This document shows positions 39,268 to 52,065 of a DNA stretch of 52,065 nucleotides, piece by piece. The notes beneath the pieces were generated by a model that worked only from the letters and a program-made list of their open reading frames with translations, had not been told where the DNA came from and did not search any database. The stretch lies in the NCBI RefSeq assembly GCF_006345805.1, contig NW_021833977.1:1-52065 (forward strand), written 5' to 3'. A program made the position numbers and the translations under genes. Each line of letters opens with the position of its first letter. Position 1 is the first letter of the stretch. The DNA comes from Octopus sinensis (lineage: Eukaryota).

Positions 39268-39960
39268 TTATTCAATAAAATCGCCATTGGCTTCAGCCAC
39301 AGCCTCCAAACAAGTTCGGAATCTCCTGCAACTCTTCAGGACACTCTCCTTATTTAAGTTGGTTAATACTACCATAATCCTTGCCTTCAGGTAATCTTTG
39401 GTGTTGCAACTGCACCTCACACTTAATAATCAAGGGTGTTGCAGTCTGTGGGTGTTAGGTGGCAAGATGTAAGAGGTGATGGGGTCGCAGAAATTTCTGA
39501 CAGCCATGACTAGGTTCTCTTGCTTGTGTGACATGGTGTAAAGTCCTATTGCCAGATATAGGATTTTCATACAAGCCAGCCTCTTGAACCAGGGGAGCCC
39601 TACCTCCTCCAAGCACTTGATGTAGGCCTTCATGTAGAGTAAGGACGTGTGGGAAGGTGAATGGAGACATAACGTCGCCATCACTAGTGATCACTCCAAA
39701 AACCATGCTGTTGACTGGATGTTTGATTTTTATCACATTCGGGTCATGTTTTGGGAACACGGCATGCCAACGGCTGTTCTGTGTGTTCACCAGAAATTTT
39801 TTTCACCTGAGAAAAACCAAAGCATTTTCGATTGGAGCGCATGCTTGAATTTGTACAAAATCGTCGTAGCGCGGTCTTTCCTCCTGCCCATGGTGGCTTG
39901 TGATAAAAACTGGCCCTTTCTCAACTTGTATGAGGAATACCGAATGTCATATACATATTC
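39268..39960 (-). mobile_element. Decayed mariner-like (DD37D/maT-type) transposase fragment
   Basis: YKLRKGQFLS, WFFSGEKNF, KHPVNSMVFGVITSDGDVM, AYIKCLEEV, Q*DFTPCHTS, WLSENFCD, RFRTCLEAVAEANGDFIE*; frameshifts present and the third catalytic residue region is damaged. Confidence 0.88.
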
Positions 39961-40116
39961 TTTTCTACTCTTGGCACAAGCCCGAAATTTTGGCGTGAGG
40001 GTGCCAGTCGATTAGTTCGACTATAGTACGCAACCGCTGCTTAATTTATCGACCCCGAAAGGTTGAAAGCAAAGTCGATCTCAGCGGAATTCGAACTCAG
40101 ATACATATATATTATA

Positions 40117-40580
40117 GGCGCAGTCGTGGTTTTGTCTTAAGAAGCTTGCTTCACAACCACATTGTTCCGGGTTCAGTACCCTGCATGGTATATTGGGCAA
40201 ATGTTTTCTACTGTAGCCTCGGCCCCAGCAAAAGTTTATGAGTGGATTTGGTAGACAGAAACTGAAAGAAGCTCGTCGTCGTACAGTCACACACACACAC
40301 AAACTTATATATATAATATATGTGTGTGTGTTTGTATATGTGCGTGTGCGTGTGTGTATGTGTATGTTTTTTGTGTCTGTGTTTGTTTCTTACCACTACT
40401 TATCGACCGACGTTGGCGGGTTTACATCCACAAAACTTAGTGGTTCAGTATTATTGGACCGGTAGAATAACTACTAGGCTTTAAAGAACTGAAAACTGGG
40501 ACCGATAATTCGCCTGGAAGTTCTTGAAAGCGGTGCCCCAGCATGGCTACAGTCTAATGACTGAAACGAGTGAAAGTTAA
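40117..40580 (+). mobile_element. SINE family A, older diverged copy
   Basis: Head, TG tract and gcggtgccccagcatggctacagtctaatgactgaaac tail. Confidence 0.85.
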
Positions 40581-41009
40581 AATATACGCAAGTTTTTAAA
40601 AAAATTGCTCAGAAGATCGACAAAGGAGCAGACGGAAACATCACTCGCAAAGCGTGGACATGCTCATCCTTCTTCAGCCATTGTCAAAAAGTCATCACTA
40701 TTTCGCGCCTTTATTATATACAAAGAAGGAAAGTGCGTGTGAGAGAGGAAGAGGGATAGTAGCTATGAAGAACTGAGTTCTCTATCTTTGAGGAACTCGA
40801 AATATATAAATTTATTATACTCATAGACATTTATTATAACACGGATTTCTTACTTTATGTGACATTAAAGCATTCTACCTCTGGATGGCCACGGACAAAG
40901 TTCAAAGACGCCAATTAAACTATGTTAACTTCACTTCTTATTTTGATATTGTTGTTGTTGCTGATGTTTCTGTTGTAGCTTTCATTATTTTTGTTCTTCA
41001 TATTCGCAT

Positions 41010-41038
41010 CACATTATACATTCGATTCCATTCTATCA

Positions 41039-41071
<33 letters not shown>

Positions 41072-41168
41072 TTTTTGCTGTTTTAATTAAGATTATGATT
41101 AATTACACTGAGGTAACTTGTCATGGCTTATGGAAGCAGGCATGACGTTGGTGATGGTAATGATGACG

Positions 41169-41199
<31 letters not shown>

Positions 41200-41316
41200 G
41201 GAGGAGGAGGAGGAAGTGGAGGTGGAGCGGATGACGAGGACGACAAGGAGGAAGATGATGGTTGTGACGACGGCGGTAACAAGGAGGATAGCAATGATGG
41301 TGATGATGAATATGAC

Positions 41317-41354
<38 letters not shown>

Positions 41355-41463
41355 CGGTGGTAGTGGTTGTCGTGGTGACGGTGGTGGTTATGATGATGAT
41401 GATGATGATGAAGACGGTGGTAGTGGTTGTCGTGGTGATGGTGGTGGCGGTGATGATGATGAC

Positions 41464-41494
<31 letters not shown>

Positions 41495-42327
41495 GTAGTG
41501 CTGATGATGATGACGACGACGACGATGAGGAAGATGATGATGATGGTGGTGGTGGTTGGTGGTTTTGGTGATGATAATGATGATGATAATGATGATGATA
41601 ACATTTACGCTGATGGCGCTACCGTTTGTAATTAAGATGATGGAAGATGCAACGATGATGGAGGTGGCGAACATGTTGCGGCTGACAATCGGATGAGTAT
41701 AATGATGATGGCAGTGACAATGGCGGCGATGATGGCGATGCTGGTGGTGGTGGTGATGGCTACGGTGGTTGCGGTGTTGATGATAACGATTGCGATTTTG
41801 GGTGACAATAACTAAGACAGATCTAATTAGAATAATGATAAATGGTGATTAGGAAGGAGTCGATGGTGGTACTTGTGGTGGTGGCGGTGCTGGTAGCGGG
41901 GTGTGGTGGAGTTGATGGTAGCGGGGGTTGGTGGAGCGTGTTTATGGTGGTCGTAGTGATAGAAGAGTTACTGATGCAGGTGCTCGTAATGGTGGTGTTG
42001 GTGAGGGAGAGGGTGGTAGGTAAATATTGATACCAATGGTTGCGATGTGATTGGTGGTGATGGTGATGGTGATGGTGACGGTGGTAGTGAGGACGCTAGA
42101 GGTTGTGGTTTTGGTGATTGCAGTGTGGCAATAATTAGGATGATTATGATATTGATGAAGACGAGACCAGGGGGTGGCGACGGGGGGGTGAAAATGATGA
42201 TGATGAAGATGATGATGATGATTGTGGTGGTGGTGGTGGTGATTGTGGTGGTGGTGGTGGTGGTGGTGGTGGTGGTGCTGCTGCTGCTGTTGGTGGTGAG
42301 AATGACTTATGGTGAGGATGAAGATGG

Positions 42328-42358
<31 letters not shown>

Positions 42359-43551
42359 AATGATGAGGGTAGTGGTGGTGGTTCTCATGGTGGTGGGAAA
42401 GACTTAAGATGATGGTGATGATGATGACGACGAGGACGACGATGATGATGATAATGATGCTGATGATGGTGATGCTGCTGATGATGCTGATGATGATGAG
42501 GATGATGAGGATAATGGTGATGATGACGGTGATGATGGCAGTGGTGGCGGCGGTGATGATAATGACGACGATTTTTATGATGATGATGATAATAATAATG
42601 ACGAGAAAGATAATGATTATGATGAACACGACGGCGGCGGTGTCGACGACGGCTACGACGATGACGACAATGATGATGATGATGACGATGATGATGATGA
42701 AGATGGTGATGATGATGATGATAATGCGGATGATGATGATAAAGATGGTGGTGAGCGTGTAAAGAGAGTGTTTTGTTATGAGTATGGAGAATTTTTGAAC
42801 AGACGGCGGCGGGCGTGAGAGCTCGGTTTTAAAAATATAGGACATTAAATTAATGAGAAAAGAATGGATAAATTGATGTTTATGGTGCCGGGTGGGGGTG
42901 AGGGTAGTCGAAGAATGGGAAGGATACAAAGAAATCGAAGAAGAATGTTAATAACGATAGAGAACAAAAGGAAAAGACGTGGAATAAGACGCCGAAGATG
43001 AAGAAGATGAAGAAGGAGAAGATGAAGAAGATGAAGAAGGAGAAGAAGGAGAAGAAGAAGAAGATGAAGAAGGAGAAGATGAAGAAGATGAAGAAGAAGA
43101 AGGAGAAGAAGAAGAAGAAGAAGAAGAAGAAGAAGAAGAAGAAGAAGAAGAAGAAGAAGCGAGATGAAAGAAGTAGAAAAGGATTGCGATTAAGAGAGAG
43201 GTGATGGTGGTGGAGGAGGTGGTAGCCGGGTTTTGTGCTTGTTTTGGAGGTAGCGTATTGTTACTGGTGTACATGACGATGATACTGATGATGGTGATAA
43301 CGACGACGATAGTGATGATGACGATGATAATGTCTACAATGCTGATGATGATGGTAATTACGATGATGTTGGCTATCATGACGATGCTGATGATGATGAT
43401 GACGGCTGTGATGATGATGGTGATGAAGATGATGTTAATTATAATGATGTTGGTGATGAAGATGATGGTGATAATGATGGTAATGATGACGATAATGGTG
43501 ATAATCAGGATAGCAACGACGACGACAATGACAATTGCAATGATAACGTCT

Positions 43552-43612
<61 letters not shown>

Positions 43613-43622
43613 CGACGACGAC

Positions 43623-43654
<32 letters not shown>

Positions 43655-44128
43655 CGACGATGATGATGATGATGATTAACGATCTTTTATCTTTTAGCTT
43701 TTGTTTGTTTCAGTCATTTAACTGCGGCCAAGTTGGGGCACCGGGTAGATGGTTTTAGTCGAGCAAATCGACTCCAAGAAAATTTTAAAGCCGAGTACTT
43801 ATTTTTATCGGTGTCTTTGCCGAAACGCTAAGTTACGGTAATGTAAACACACGAACAGTGCTTGTTGAGTGGTTGTGGGTGTGTGGGGCCAAACACCGTT
43901 ACAAAGCGCTGTTGGTGTGTTTACATCCTTGTAACTTTGCGCTTCGGCAAAAGACCCAATAAAATAAGTACTAGGCTTTAGAAATGTTTTGGAGTCGATT
44001 TGCTAGCGTAAAACCCATCTACGCTGTGCCCCAACTTGGCCACAGTTAAATTACCGAAACAAGTAAAAGCTAAAAGATAAAAGGTCATCAAAATCATCAT
44101 CACCACCACCACCACCACCACCACCACC

Positions 44129-44167
<39 letters not shown>

Positions 44168-44331
44168 AGACATTATGATTGCAATTCCCATTATCGCCAC
44201 CACCTCGGAAAGTATAGTAGAAGACACTTGGCCGGAGTTCCTCTACAGTGGGACTGAATTCGGAATCATGCGATTGTGAAGCAAGCTTCTTACCACACAG
44301 CCAAACCTAGTGAGGATGATGATGATGATGG

Positions 44332-44367
<36 letters not shown>

Positions 44368-45385
44368 CGCTGATAATGATGATGATGATGATGATGATAA
44401 CGATGATGACGACGACGTCGGTGATGGTGATGAGGATGATGTTGATGATGATGAGGAGGAGGATGACGATGATGATAATGATGACGACGAGGACGACAAT
44501 GAGTATGATGATGATCGTGATGATGATGATGATGAGGAGGAGGAGGAGGAGGTGGATGATGATGATGATGAATGTGATGATGGTGATGATGATAATGATG
44601 ATGATGTTGATGATGTTGACGATGACGAGGACGACGATGAGGATGATGACGGTGGTGATGACGACAACGTCGGTGATGTTGATGATGATGATGATGATGA
44701 TGATGAAGATGATGATGAAGATGATGATGATGACGACGACGTCGGTGATGTTGATGATGATGATGATGATGATGAGGATGATGATAATGATCATGATGAT
44801 GATGATGATGATGATGACGACGACGATAATTTTGCATGCGTTTGTTTCGGTGATGCTTGTGATGATGATGGCAACGCTGAATATGCGCCGAAGTGTTTGC
44901 GAGTTCATGTAAGGAGTTGAATCAGTAAAAATCATATTCCAATAAGACAAGATGAAGTACAGGGTTCTTCTTGAAGAGAAAGCCTACCACACTAAACCAC
45001 CACCACCACCACTACCACCACCACTTCCACTACCACCACCACAACCATCACTAACGATCCTACCAACCTGGACCAGAACACCGATAGTATCAACCAAGAA
45101 CAACACTTCAAGCACTGCCACGACGACGACCAACACCACCACTACAACAACAACGGCAACACCGTCACAATCATCGCAACAACAACAAAGGTGGAAAACA
45201 ACCATCACAACATCTTCGCCACCACCACCACCACCACCACCACCTTCATCACCACTACACCCACCAATCACGCCACCACCACCACCACCTATTCACGAAA
45301 AACCACCAACAGATTATTAATTAAGCCTTCATTTCTTAAATGGATGTTTCTGGTGACCAATTTAATCATGTGCTTAAGAACTTGT

Positions 45386-45464
<79 letters not shown>

Positions 45465-45475
45465 CCACCACCACC

Positions 45476-45509
<34 letters not shown>

Positions 45510-45560
45510 GTAGTTGTTGTGGTAGTGGTGGTTGTGGTGCTGGTGGTGGTGGTGGTGGTG
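41010..45560. repeat. About 4.5-kb field of cryptic GAT/GGT/GAC/GAA/CAC trinucleotide repeats with embedded SINE pieces
   Basis: Read directly. Confidence 0.95.
43681..44086. repeat. Inverted pair of SINE family A 3' halves forming an imperfect palindrome
   Basis: gatcttttatcttttagcttt versus aaagctaaaagataaaaggtc; spacer about 30 nt near 43870-43899. Confidence 0.88.
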
Positions 45561-45648
45561 ATAGTGGTATTGGTAGCATTGGTGGTGATGTTAAATATAT
45601 ATATATATGTAATATATACATGCATGCATATATATATGTGTGTAGGTA

Positions 45649-45680
<32 letters not shown>

Positions 45681-45765
45681 AATACGTAGATACATACATA
45701 TATATATATATATATGCATATATCTATATGCATACATTCATACATACATATATACATACATACAT

Positions 45766-45812
<47 letters not shown>

Positions 45813-45814
45813 TA

Positions 45815-45859
<45 letters not shown>

Positions 45860-46299
45860 CCACACACACACAAATACATACATGCATGGTGTTAGTGATG
45901 GATTTTCGTCGTCCGATAATAATGGCTGAATTGTTCAATAAACTAAATAACTCCTTCACAAATTAACGTCTATTCTTATCGTAATTCTGTTGCAGAATCA
46001 GGTTATATTTTCGATTTCTAGGTACAATCCACCCGACAGAGCTGCACTTTTTGTCTACCCAGTTTCACCCACAAATTATATACAGGACAAAGAAGCTGAC
46101 ATTTCAAGAAAGATTTGACACAATGGCGTCGCATTTGATTGCTCGAAGTTGTAGAGCGAATTTCTTAACCAGTTAACTATATTGCACTTACATACACACA
46201 CACATACATACACGCACACATACACACACACATGCGCGCGCATACACACATGCTCACTCTCTCTCTCTCTCCTTCACACACGCACGCAAAATCTATCTA

Positions 46300-46478
46300 T
46301 ATATCTGTCTGCCTGTCTGTCTGTCTACCTGTCTGTCTGTCTGTCTGTCTATCTGCGTGCCTGTTTCTCTATCTATCTTTCTATCTATCTGTCTGTCTTT
46401 TTTTTTTTTTTTTTTTTAAACCTTCAAAAGCATCTATGTAATGTTCTATCTATGTCTATAAAGATACTATCTATCTAT

Positions 46479-46533
<55 letters not shown>

Positions 46534-46556
46534 CGATCTGTCTGTCTATCTATCTA

Positions 46557-46595
<39 letters not shown>

Positions 46596-46690
46596 ATCTA
46601 TCTCTGCCTGTCTGTCTGTCTGCCTGTTTGTCTGTCTGTCTATCTACCACTCTATCTATATCCTTCTATCTATCTATCTATCTATTTATC
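46300..46690. repeat. (ATCT)/(GTCT) microsatellite
   Basis: Read directly. Confidence 0.95.
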
Positions 46691-46978
46691 TATCTATCTA
46701 TCTACCTACCATTCAAAGTCAATCTCTTTCTACATATATATAAAAATGTGTGTGCACATTTAAACATACATACATATATATGTATGTGTGTGTTATTGTG
46801 TAAAACTCCAAATTTACAATCTTATACGTCAATAAAACGCTATTGTTCCTGAAAGTTGTTTTTCATACCTTCTACAGACTGCTCGAATCTTACTAAGCTC
46901 CTACACTTGGATCTCACCTTTACAAACACACACACACACATTCACACACACACACACATACACACATACATACATACA

Positions 46979-47013
<35 letters not shown>

Positions 47014-47042
47014 GCGCGCGTGTGTGTGTATGTGTGTGTGAA

Positions 47043-47220
47043 AGTGCATGGCTCAGTGGTTAGAGCGTCGAGCATACGGTCGTGCGATTGTGAGTTCGAT
47101 TCACAGACCGGCCTGTGTTTTGTGCTCTTGAGCAAGACACTTTATTTCACGTTGCTCCAGTTCAATCAGTTGTAGAAATGAGTTGCGACGACGCTGGTGC
47201 CATGTTGTATCGGCCAATAA
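47043..47220 (+). mobile_element. SINE family C 5' half
   Basis: gtgcatggctcagtggttagagcgtcgagc...gagttcgattc...ttgagcaagacactttatttcacgttgctccag. Confidence 0.9.
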
Positions 47221-47635
47221 CAAAAATCCAAGCGTCAGAATTCTTCAGAATTCACAACGACCTCGAACTCACAAGAGTAAACAACAGAGATAGAGGCAGA
47301 TTCAAGGAGAATGTCCCTTGTATTTGAATACTATGCAAATATATTCTTTAATACTTTTGATTTAATTTTTCCCAAATTTAATTGTTTTCCATACTTACAG
47401 TTGAAAAAGTCTCAATGACTGAAACCGGAACTGAAATGCTTTTTTATAAAATTATTCTAGCATGTTCTACCTTGACTTTTTCCATATATATATATAATAT
47501 AATGTGTGTGTGTTGTGTGTGTGTGGTGGTGTGTGTGGTGTGTGTGTTTTGTGTGTTGTGTGTGTGTGTATGTGTGTGTGTGTTTGTGTGTTTGTTTTTA
47601 TGTGTGTGTGTTTGTGTGTTGTGGTGTTTGTGTGT

Positions 47636-47672
<37 letters not shown>

Positions 47673-47716
47673 GTGTGTGTGTGTTGTGTGTGTGTGGTAT
47701 GTGTGTGTATGATTGT

Positions 47717-47762
<46 letters not shown>

Positions 47763-47799
47763 CAAGAGTTATGGAATGGAGTATGGGAAATCCAGGCCA

Positions 47800-48480
47800 C
47801 ACGTGTTTGATAACGTGTGAGATCAAAGAAGTGTTGAAATCCAAGTGAGGTATATACCGCCGGCTACTCTACAGGCCAAAGTTATCTCGATTAGATTAAG
47901 GGCTACCTTGTCGCAAGGAGGTACATGTTAACGCAAAGATGCGTGTGTGCCTCCCGCTATCATTCATTAAAGTCGCCCCAAAAATTGTTCTTGAATTCCT
48001 TGCATCAATGTCATGTGTCTCATTTTTCCCTTCTACAGATTTATATTAATCGTTAAATCAGGTCTCATCATTGTTCTAGGCTTCCATACACTCTTGTGCA
48101 ATAGATACAGTGTTCTGAACCAAAATCTTTCACAATCTTCTTCTCCTTAAATCAAATATTTTCACACGCTGCAATCCTGAGCAACATATAAACAAAGCAA
48201 CCGTCATTGATCCCTCACGCAGTTGCTTCGTCACATGTTGGAGCATATAAGCCGTTGACGGAAAACAGTGAATTTTCCTTACGCGTAGATACGTTTCTGT
48301 GATGGTTAGCACACTTATTGAGAATATAAGAGGTGTGTGTTCGTATCCCATGCGTACGGAACACCCACTTTCTTTCCATCGAAGGCTTATATGCCCCAAT
48401 ATTAGACTAGTTTCTTTAGTTGAAACATGGCGATCGCTTATAAGTGTTAAGCATTAATATTATTCTTAAAGATGTGTAAC
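47800..48480 (-). mobile_element. Possible highly decayed LINE APE endonuclease region
   Basis: Stop-ridden minus frame contains VNGLYAPT and FGATLMNDSGRH..IFA, resembling AYAPT and N.NG.RL motifs. Confidence 0.35.
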
Positions 48481-48544
48481 TCTTCGCCGCTTCTCCATTT
48501 ATTGCAGTAAACGCACATATATAGATGTATATATCTATATATAT

Positions 48545-48625
<81 letters not shown>

Positions 48626-48676
48626 TAGATATGTATATATAGATGTGTATATATATATGTATATATATATATATAT

Positions 48677-48876
48677 GACCTCGTGTGTACCGTTGGCGAT
48701 TTTTTTCCTCTGTCTTCCCTTCTCTGGATCTTTCCTTCTCCTATGTTTCCGACGAAGAGCTCTGCTCGAAACGTTAAACCCTCCTTCTTCCCTTCTTTCC
48801 TGAGCGTCCAATAATACTATATTTGTTCCACATCCACGCGTTGTTGTGTTTTTTGGTGTTTTCTTGTTTGGATTAA

Positions 48877-48880
<4 letters not shown>
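48677..48880 (+). mobile_element. Microsatellite-flanked repeat carrying a minimal hammerhead-like motif (48745-48779), likely PLE-terminus-derived
   Basis: gttt cCGACGA a gagc tct gctc GAAA c GTT aaac. Confidence 0.55.
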
Positions 48881-48923
<43 letters not shown>

Positions 48924-49599
48924 CACAACAGCATAAGAATCGAAAATTGCTAACAAGTCAGAAACTAAGTAATTAATGAAAATGCTTTATATATGCAAAT
49001 CGGTTCATCCAGTTTGATGAGGCATTTACTAATAGCGAATTTATATAAAATGTAATAATTGTAATCATTTTTCTTTTGTGTTTAGAACGTTGCAACTTGA
49101 AGCATATAACGTTATAGATAATAGAATGTAAGGATTAAGTGTAAAAACCCTCATGGATAGAAAGTGCCCAAAGCTGTCCGTGTGAAACGAATCCACGCAT
49201 CCCAGGAACAGCCTCCATCATTTCTTATCTAAAATGGATTTTATACATAATATTATATTCTGTTATTTATAGGTTTATGTGGACTGTGATCTATTGTTGC
49301 GAATAAAGAGTCAGTTCATGTTTTCTTGAAAGTCTATAAATACATATGTGTTCAAAGTATTTCAATGAAAATTTTGAAAGGAGCAGACGACCCCCTGATA
49401 ATACCTCAATGAAGACTAAAACTAACACAGGTGATGCTTCTCTCAAAGACTGCTTATAAAGTCACTTGGCAAGAATTGTCCAGTGATTTTATTGAAGTTA
49501 AAGGGTAATTGAGATTAGTTAGTGTTAAGTGTTGGGCGTTGTACGGAAAGAAATGGGTAGAATATTTTCGTTTACACTAGCAGCTTAATAAGGACAATA

Positions 49600-49600
49600 C

Positions 49601-49694
<94 letters not shown>

Positions 49695-49720
49695 ATATCT
49701 ATATATCTGTCTATCTAATA

Positions 49721-49799
<79 letters not shown>

Positions 49800-49860
49800 A
49801 TATCTACCTGTCTGTCTATCTGTCTGTCTATCTGTCTGTCTATCTGTTTATTTATTTATT
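49600..49860. repeat. (ATCT)n microsatellite
   Basis: Read directly. Confidence 0.96.
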
Positions 49861-50049
49861 CATTAATCTTTCTGTGTTTTTCTGTCTTTCCTTCTGTTTG
49901 TTTTCACACACACACTCACACACACACGCACACACATACACTCACACACACATACGTAAATATATATATATAATAATATATATATATATATATATATAAT
50001 ATACACACACACAAACACACACACGAAGGCATAAACTTGATATATATTT

Positions 50050-50109
50050 AAAGGCGGTGCTCCTGCATGGCCGCAGTCAAATGACTGAAACAAGTAAAAG
50101 AATAAAAGA

Positions 50110-50110
<1 letters not shown>
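50050..50110 (+). mobile_element. SINE family A extreme 3' tail only
   Basis: aaaggcggtgctcctgcatggccgcagtcaaatgactgaaacaagtaaaagaata. Confidence 0.85.
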
Positions 50111-50177
<67 letters not shown>

Positions 50178-50938
50178 ATATGCATGTATATATATATGTG
50201 TATATATATATATGTTTTTTATATATATATATATATAGGCATATACATAGTTATGTATATATATTTACACATATGCATAAATATATGATGCATATGTATA
50301 GCACACACGGGCACACACACAGGCACACACAGGTACACAGACACACACAGGTACACACACAACACTGCTGTATGTTCTGTTGTAAATGCATGTATTGATG
50401 ACAAACATGTCTTAACAACAACAACTACAACAACAGCAACAACAATCAAAGAGTCATTAATATCAACTAAGAATAACCTTCAAATATCTATTAATAACAT
50501 TAAATGACGGAATAATGACGTCTAGGGCTTCGCCGTCTACCTCCCACCCTGGGGCCGAAAACAGCAAGGAGGAAAAGAGGGGACAGGAAAGAACAAATAA
50601 AAACATCAAAGGTGGGGACAGGTTAGTTAGGGATGTGGAGATGGCGTCTCTGTCTAGATGGATAGAATTACAGGGGCCATTGTAAAGCGAAGTGCATGCA
50701 ATGTCTTGATTTAAGGGGGTCGTACGTTGTCCAGATGGTACTCTTTTAGGGATCTTTTAGGGATGTTTGTTCTATGTGACTGTGCATATGGGTGTTTGTC
50801 TGTGTGTGTGTGGATGCACCGGTGTTTATGTAGGTGGTTATGTGTCGAATTAGAGGTGTGTATGCATGTGTGTGTGTATTAGATTACCGTATTTGTATTA
50901 CACCTATAATACATACACACACAAACGTATATATATAT

Positions 50939-50977
<39 letters not shown>

Positions 50978-51255
50978 TTATATTATATACGTACGTTCAA
51001 ATATATACAGATACATGCGGCCACGCACGCACACACACAACACACTCACATATATGCACGTACCCTAGTCCTGCACATTACTTTTATTACATATGTGGTT
51101 TGTAGTTAGAAGCTTACATCCTAATCATGCGCTCTTGGGTTCAATTCCTCTGCGCAGTACATTGGCCGAGGTTTTCCACTCAAGCATCGAAATAAAGAAC
51201 GTTAGGTGATTATATATATATATTATATTATATATGTATATATGTTAGATACATA

Positions 51256-51287
<32 letters not shown>

Positions 51288-51417
51288 TATATATTATATA
51301 TATATATATATATACATATATATCTGTGTGTATATGTATGTATGTGTGTGACCAAAACAGAAAAGACAACAGATATGTATGTTATATATATATATATATC
51401 TGTGTGTATAATGTATG

Positions 51418-51453
<36 letters not shown>

Positions 51454-51465
51454 AATATATATAAT

Positions 51466-51497
<32 letters not shown>

Positions 51498-51504
51498 CAC
51501 ACAT

Positions 51505-51782
51505 ATCTTTTGTCTTTTCTGTTTTGGCCATAAGACTGCGGTCATGCTGGGGCACAGCTTCGAAGAATTTCTAGTAGAATGAATCCACCCCCATGACTTC
51601 TTTTATTGAGCCTAGTACTTATTTTATCGGTCTCTTTTGCCGATCCGCAATGTTACGGTGACATAGACACAAGAGGACCGGTTATTAAACATTGGTAGGG
51701 GATAAACACACACACACACACAAACACAAACACACACACAAACACACACAAACACACACACACACACATACAAACACACACA

Positions 51783-51822
<40 letters not shown>

Positions 51823-51984
51823 AAGGTACTTTTTCAGGTTCCGTCTGCCAAATCCACTCGGAAAACTTTAGTTGGGCCAGGGCTAATTTAGAAGACATAT
51901 GCCAAAGATGCCGCGCTGTGGGAATGAACCTTGTACTACCTGGTTGTGAAGCAATCGTCTTACCACACAGCCGCACCTCCGCCT
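51505..51984 (-). mobile_element. SINE family A, full length, diverged, expanded CA tract
   Basis: Tail, middle and head (accacacagccgcacctccgcc) all recognisable. Confidence 0.85.
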
Positions 51985-52065
51985 ATGTAGACAAATATTT
52001 AGAAATGTGTGTATAAATATATTCTTATCCAGACGTCTACGTTAGAATTCTAGGGGCAAACGTGC

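Noticed and set aside
44243-44950. Poly-Asp and poly-His ORFs as acidic biomineralisation or metal-binding proteins
   Set aside because: Five overlapping frames are open over a GAT repeat; no signal peptide, splice context or unique sequence.
47043-47115. tRNA genes here and at the other SINE heads (7408, 39130-39205)
   Set aside because: A and B boxes are present but there is no complete cloverleaf, and each continues into a SINE body.
48130-48399. 89-aa ORF as a host gene
   Set aside because: No recognisable domain or splice signals; a neighbouring frame looks more like a decayed LINE endonuclease.

Overview
Eukaryotic, very AT-rich, repeat-saturated and almost entirely non-coding window. 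The repeat families and the extreme microsatellite load look like an octopus (coleoid cephalopod) genome; this is pattern recognition, not a database hit. Nearly all ORFs in the supplied track are artefacts of (TA)n, (CA)n, (AAT)n and (GAT)n repeats or of SINE sequence. Supported content: at least four SINE-like families (here A-D) in many copies; a Tc1 (DD34E-type) and a mariner-like (DD37D-type) transposase remnant; a Tx1/L1-like LINE that keeps ORF1 and the endonuclease but lacks RT; a young RTE LINE 3' fragment with a 14-bp TSD; a Penelope-like element (PLE) with a 5' inversion; and a palindromic MITE-like family. A candidate host-gene 5' end (YY1-type motif cluster plus two phase-compatible exons) lies at about 17.9-18.7 kb on the minus strand. 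The best signal is a set of hammerhead-ribozyme-like motifs. One has an intact core directly downstream of the PLE ORF (27676-27767, minus). Degenerate or partial relatives lie at 24.9, 48.7, 16.2 and 12.8 kb, and two of these sit in the loops of fold-back inverted repeats. Several inverted repeats are candidate dsRNA/ADAR substrates.
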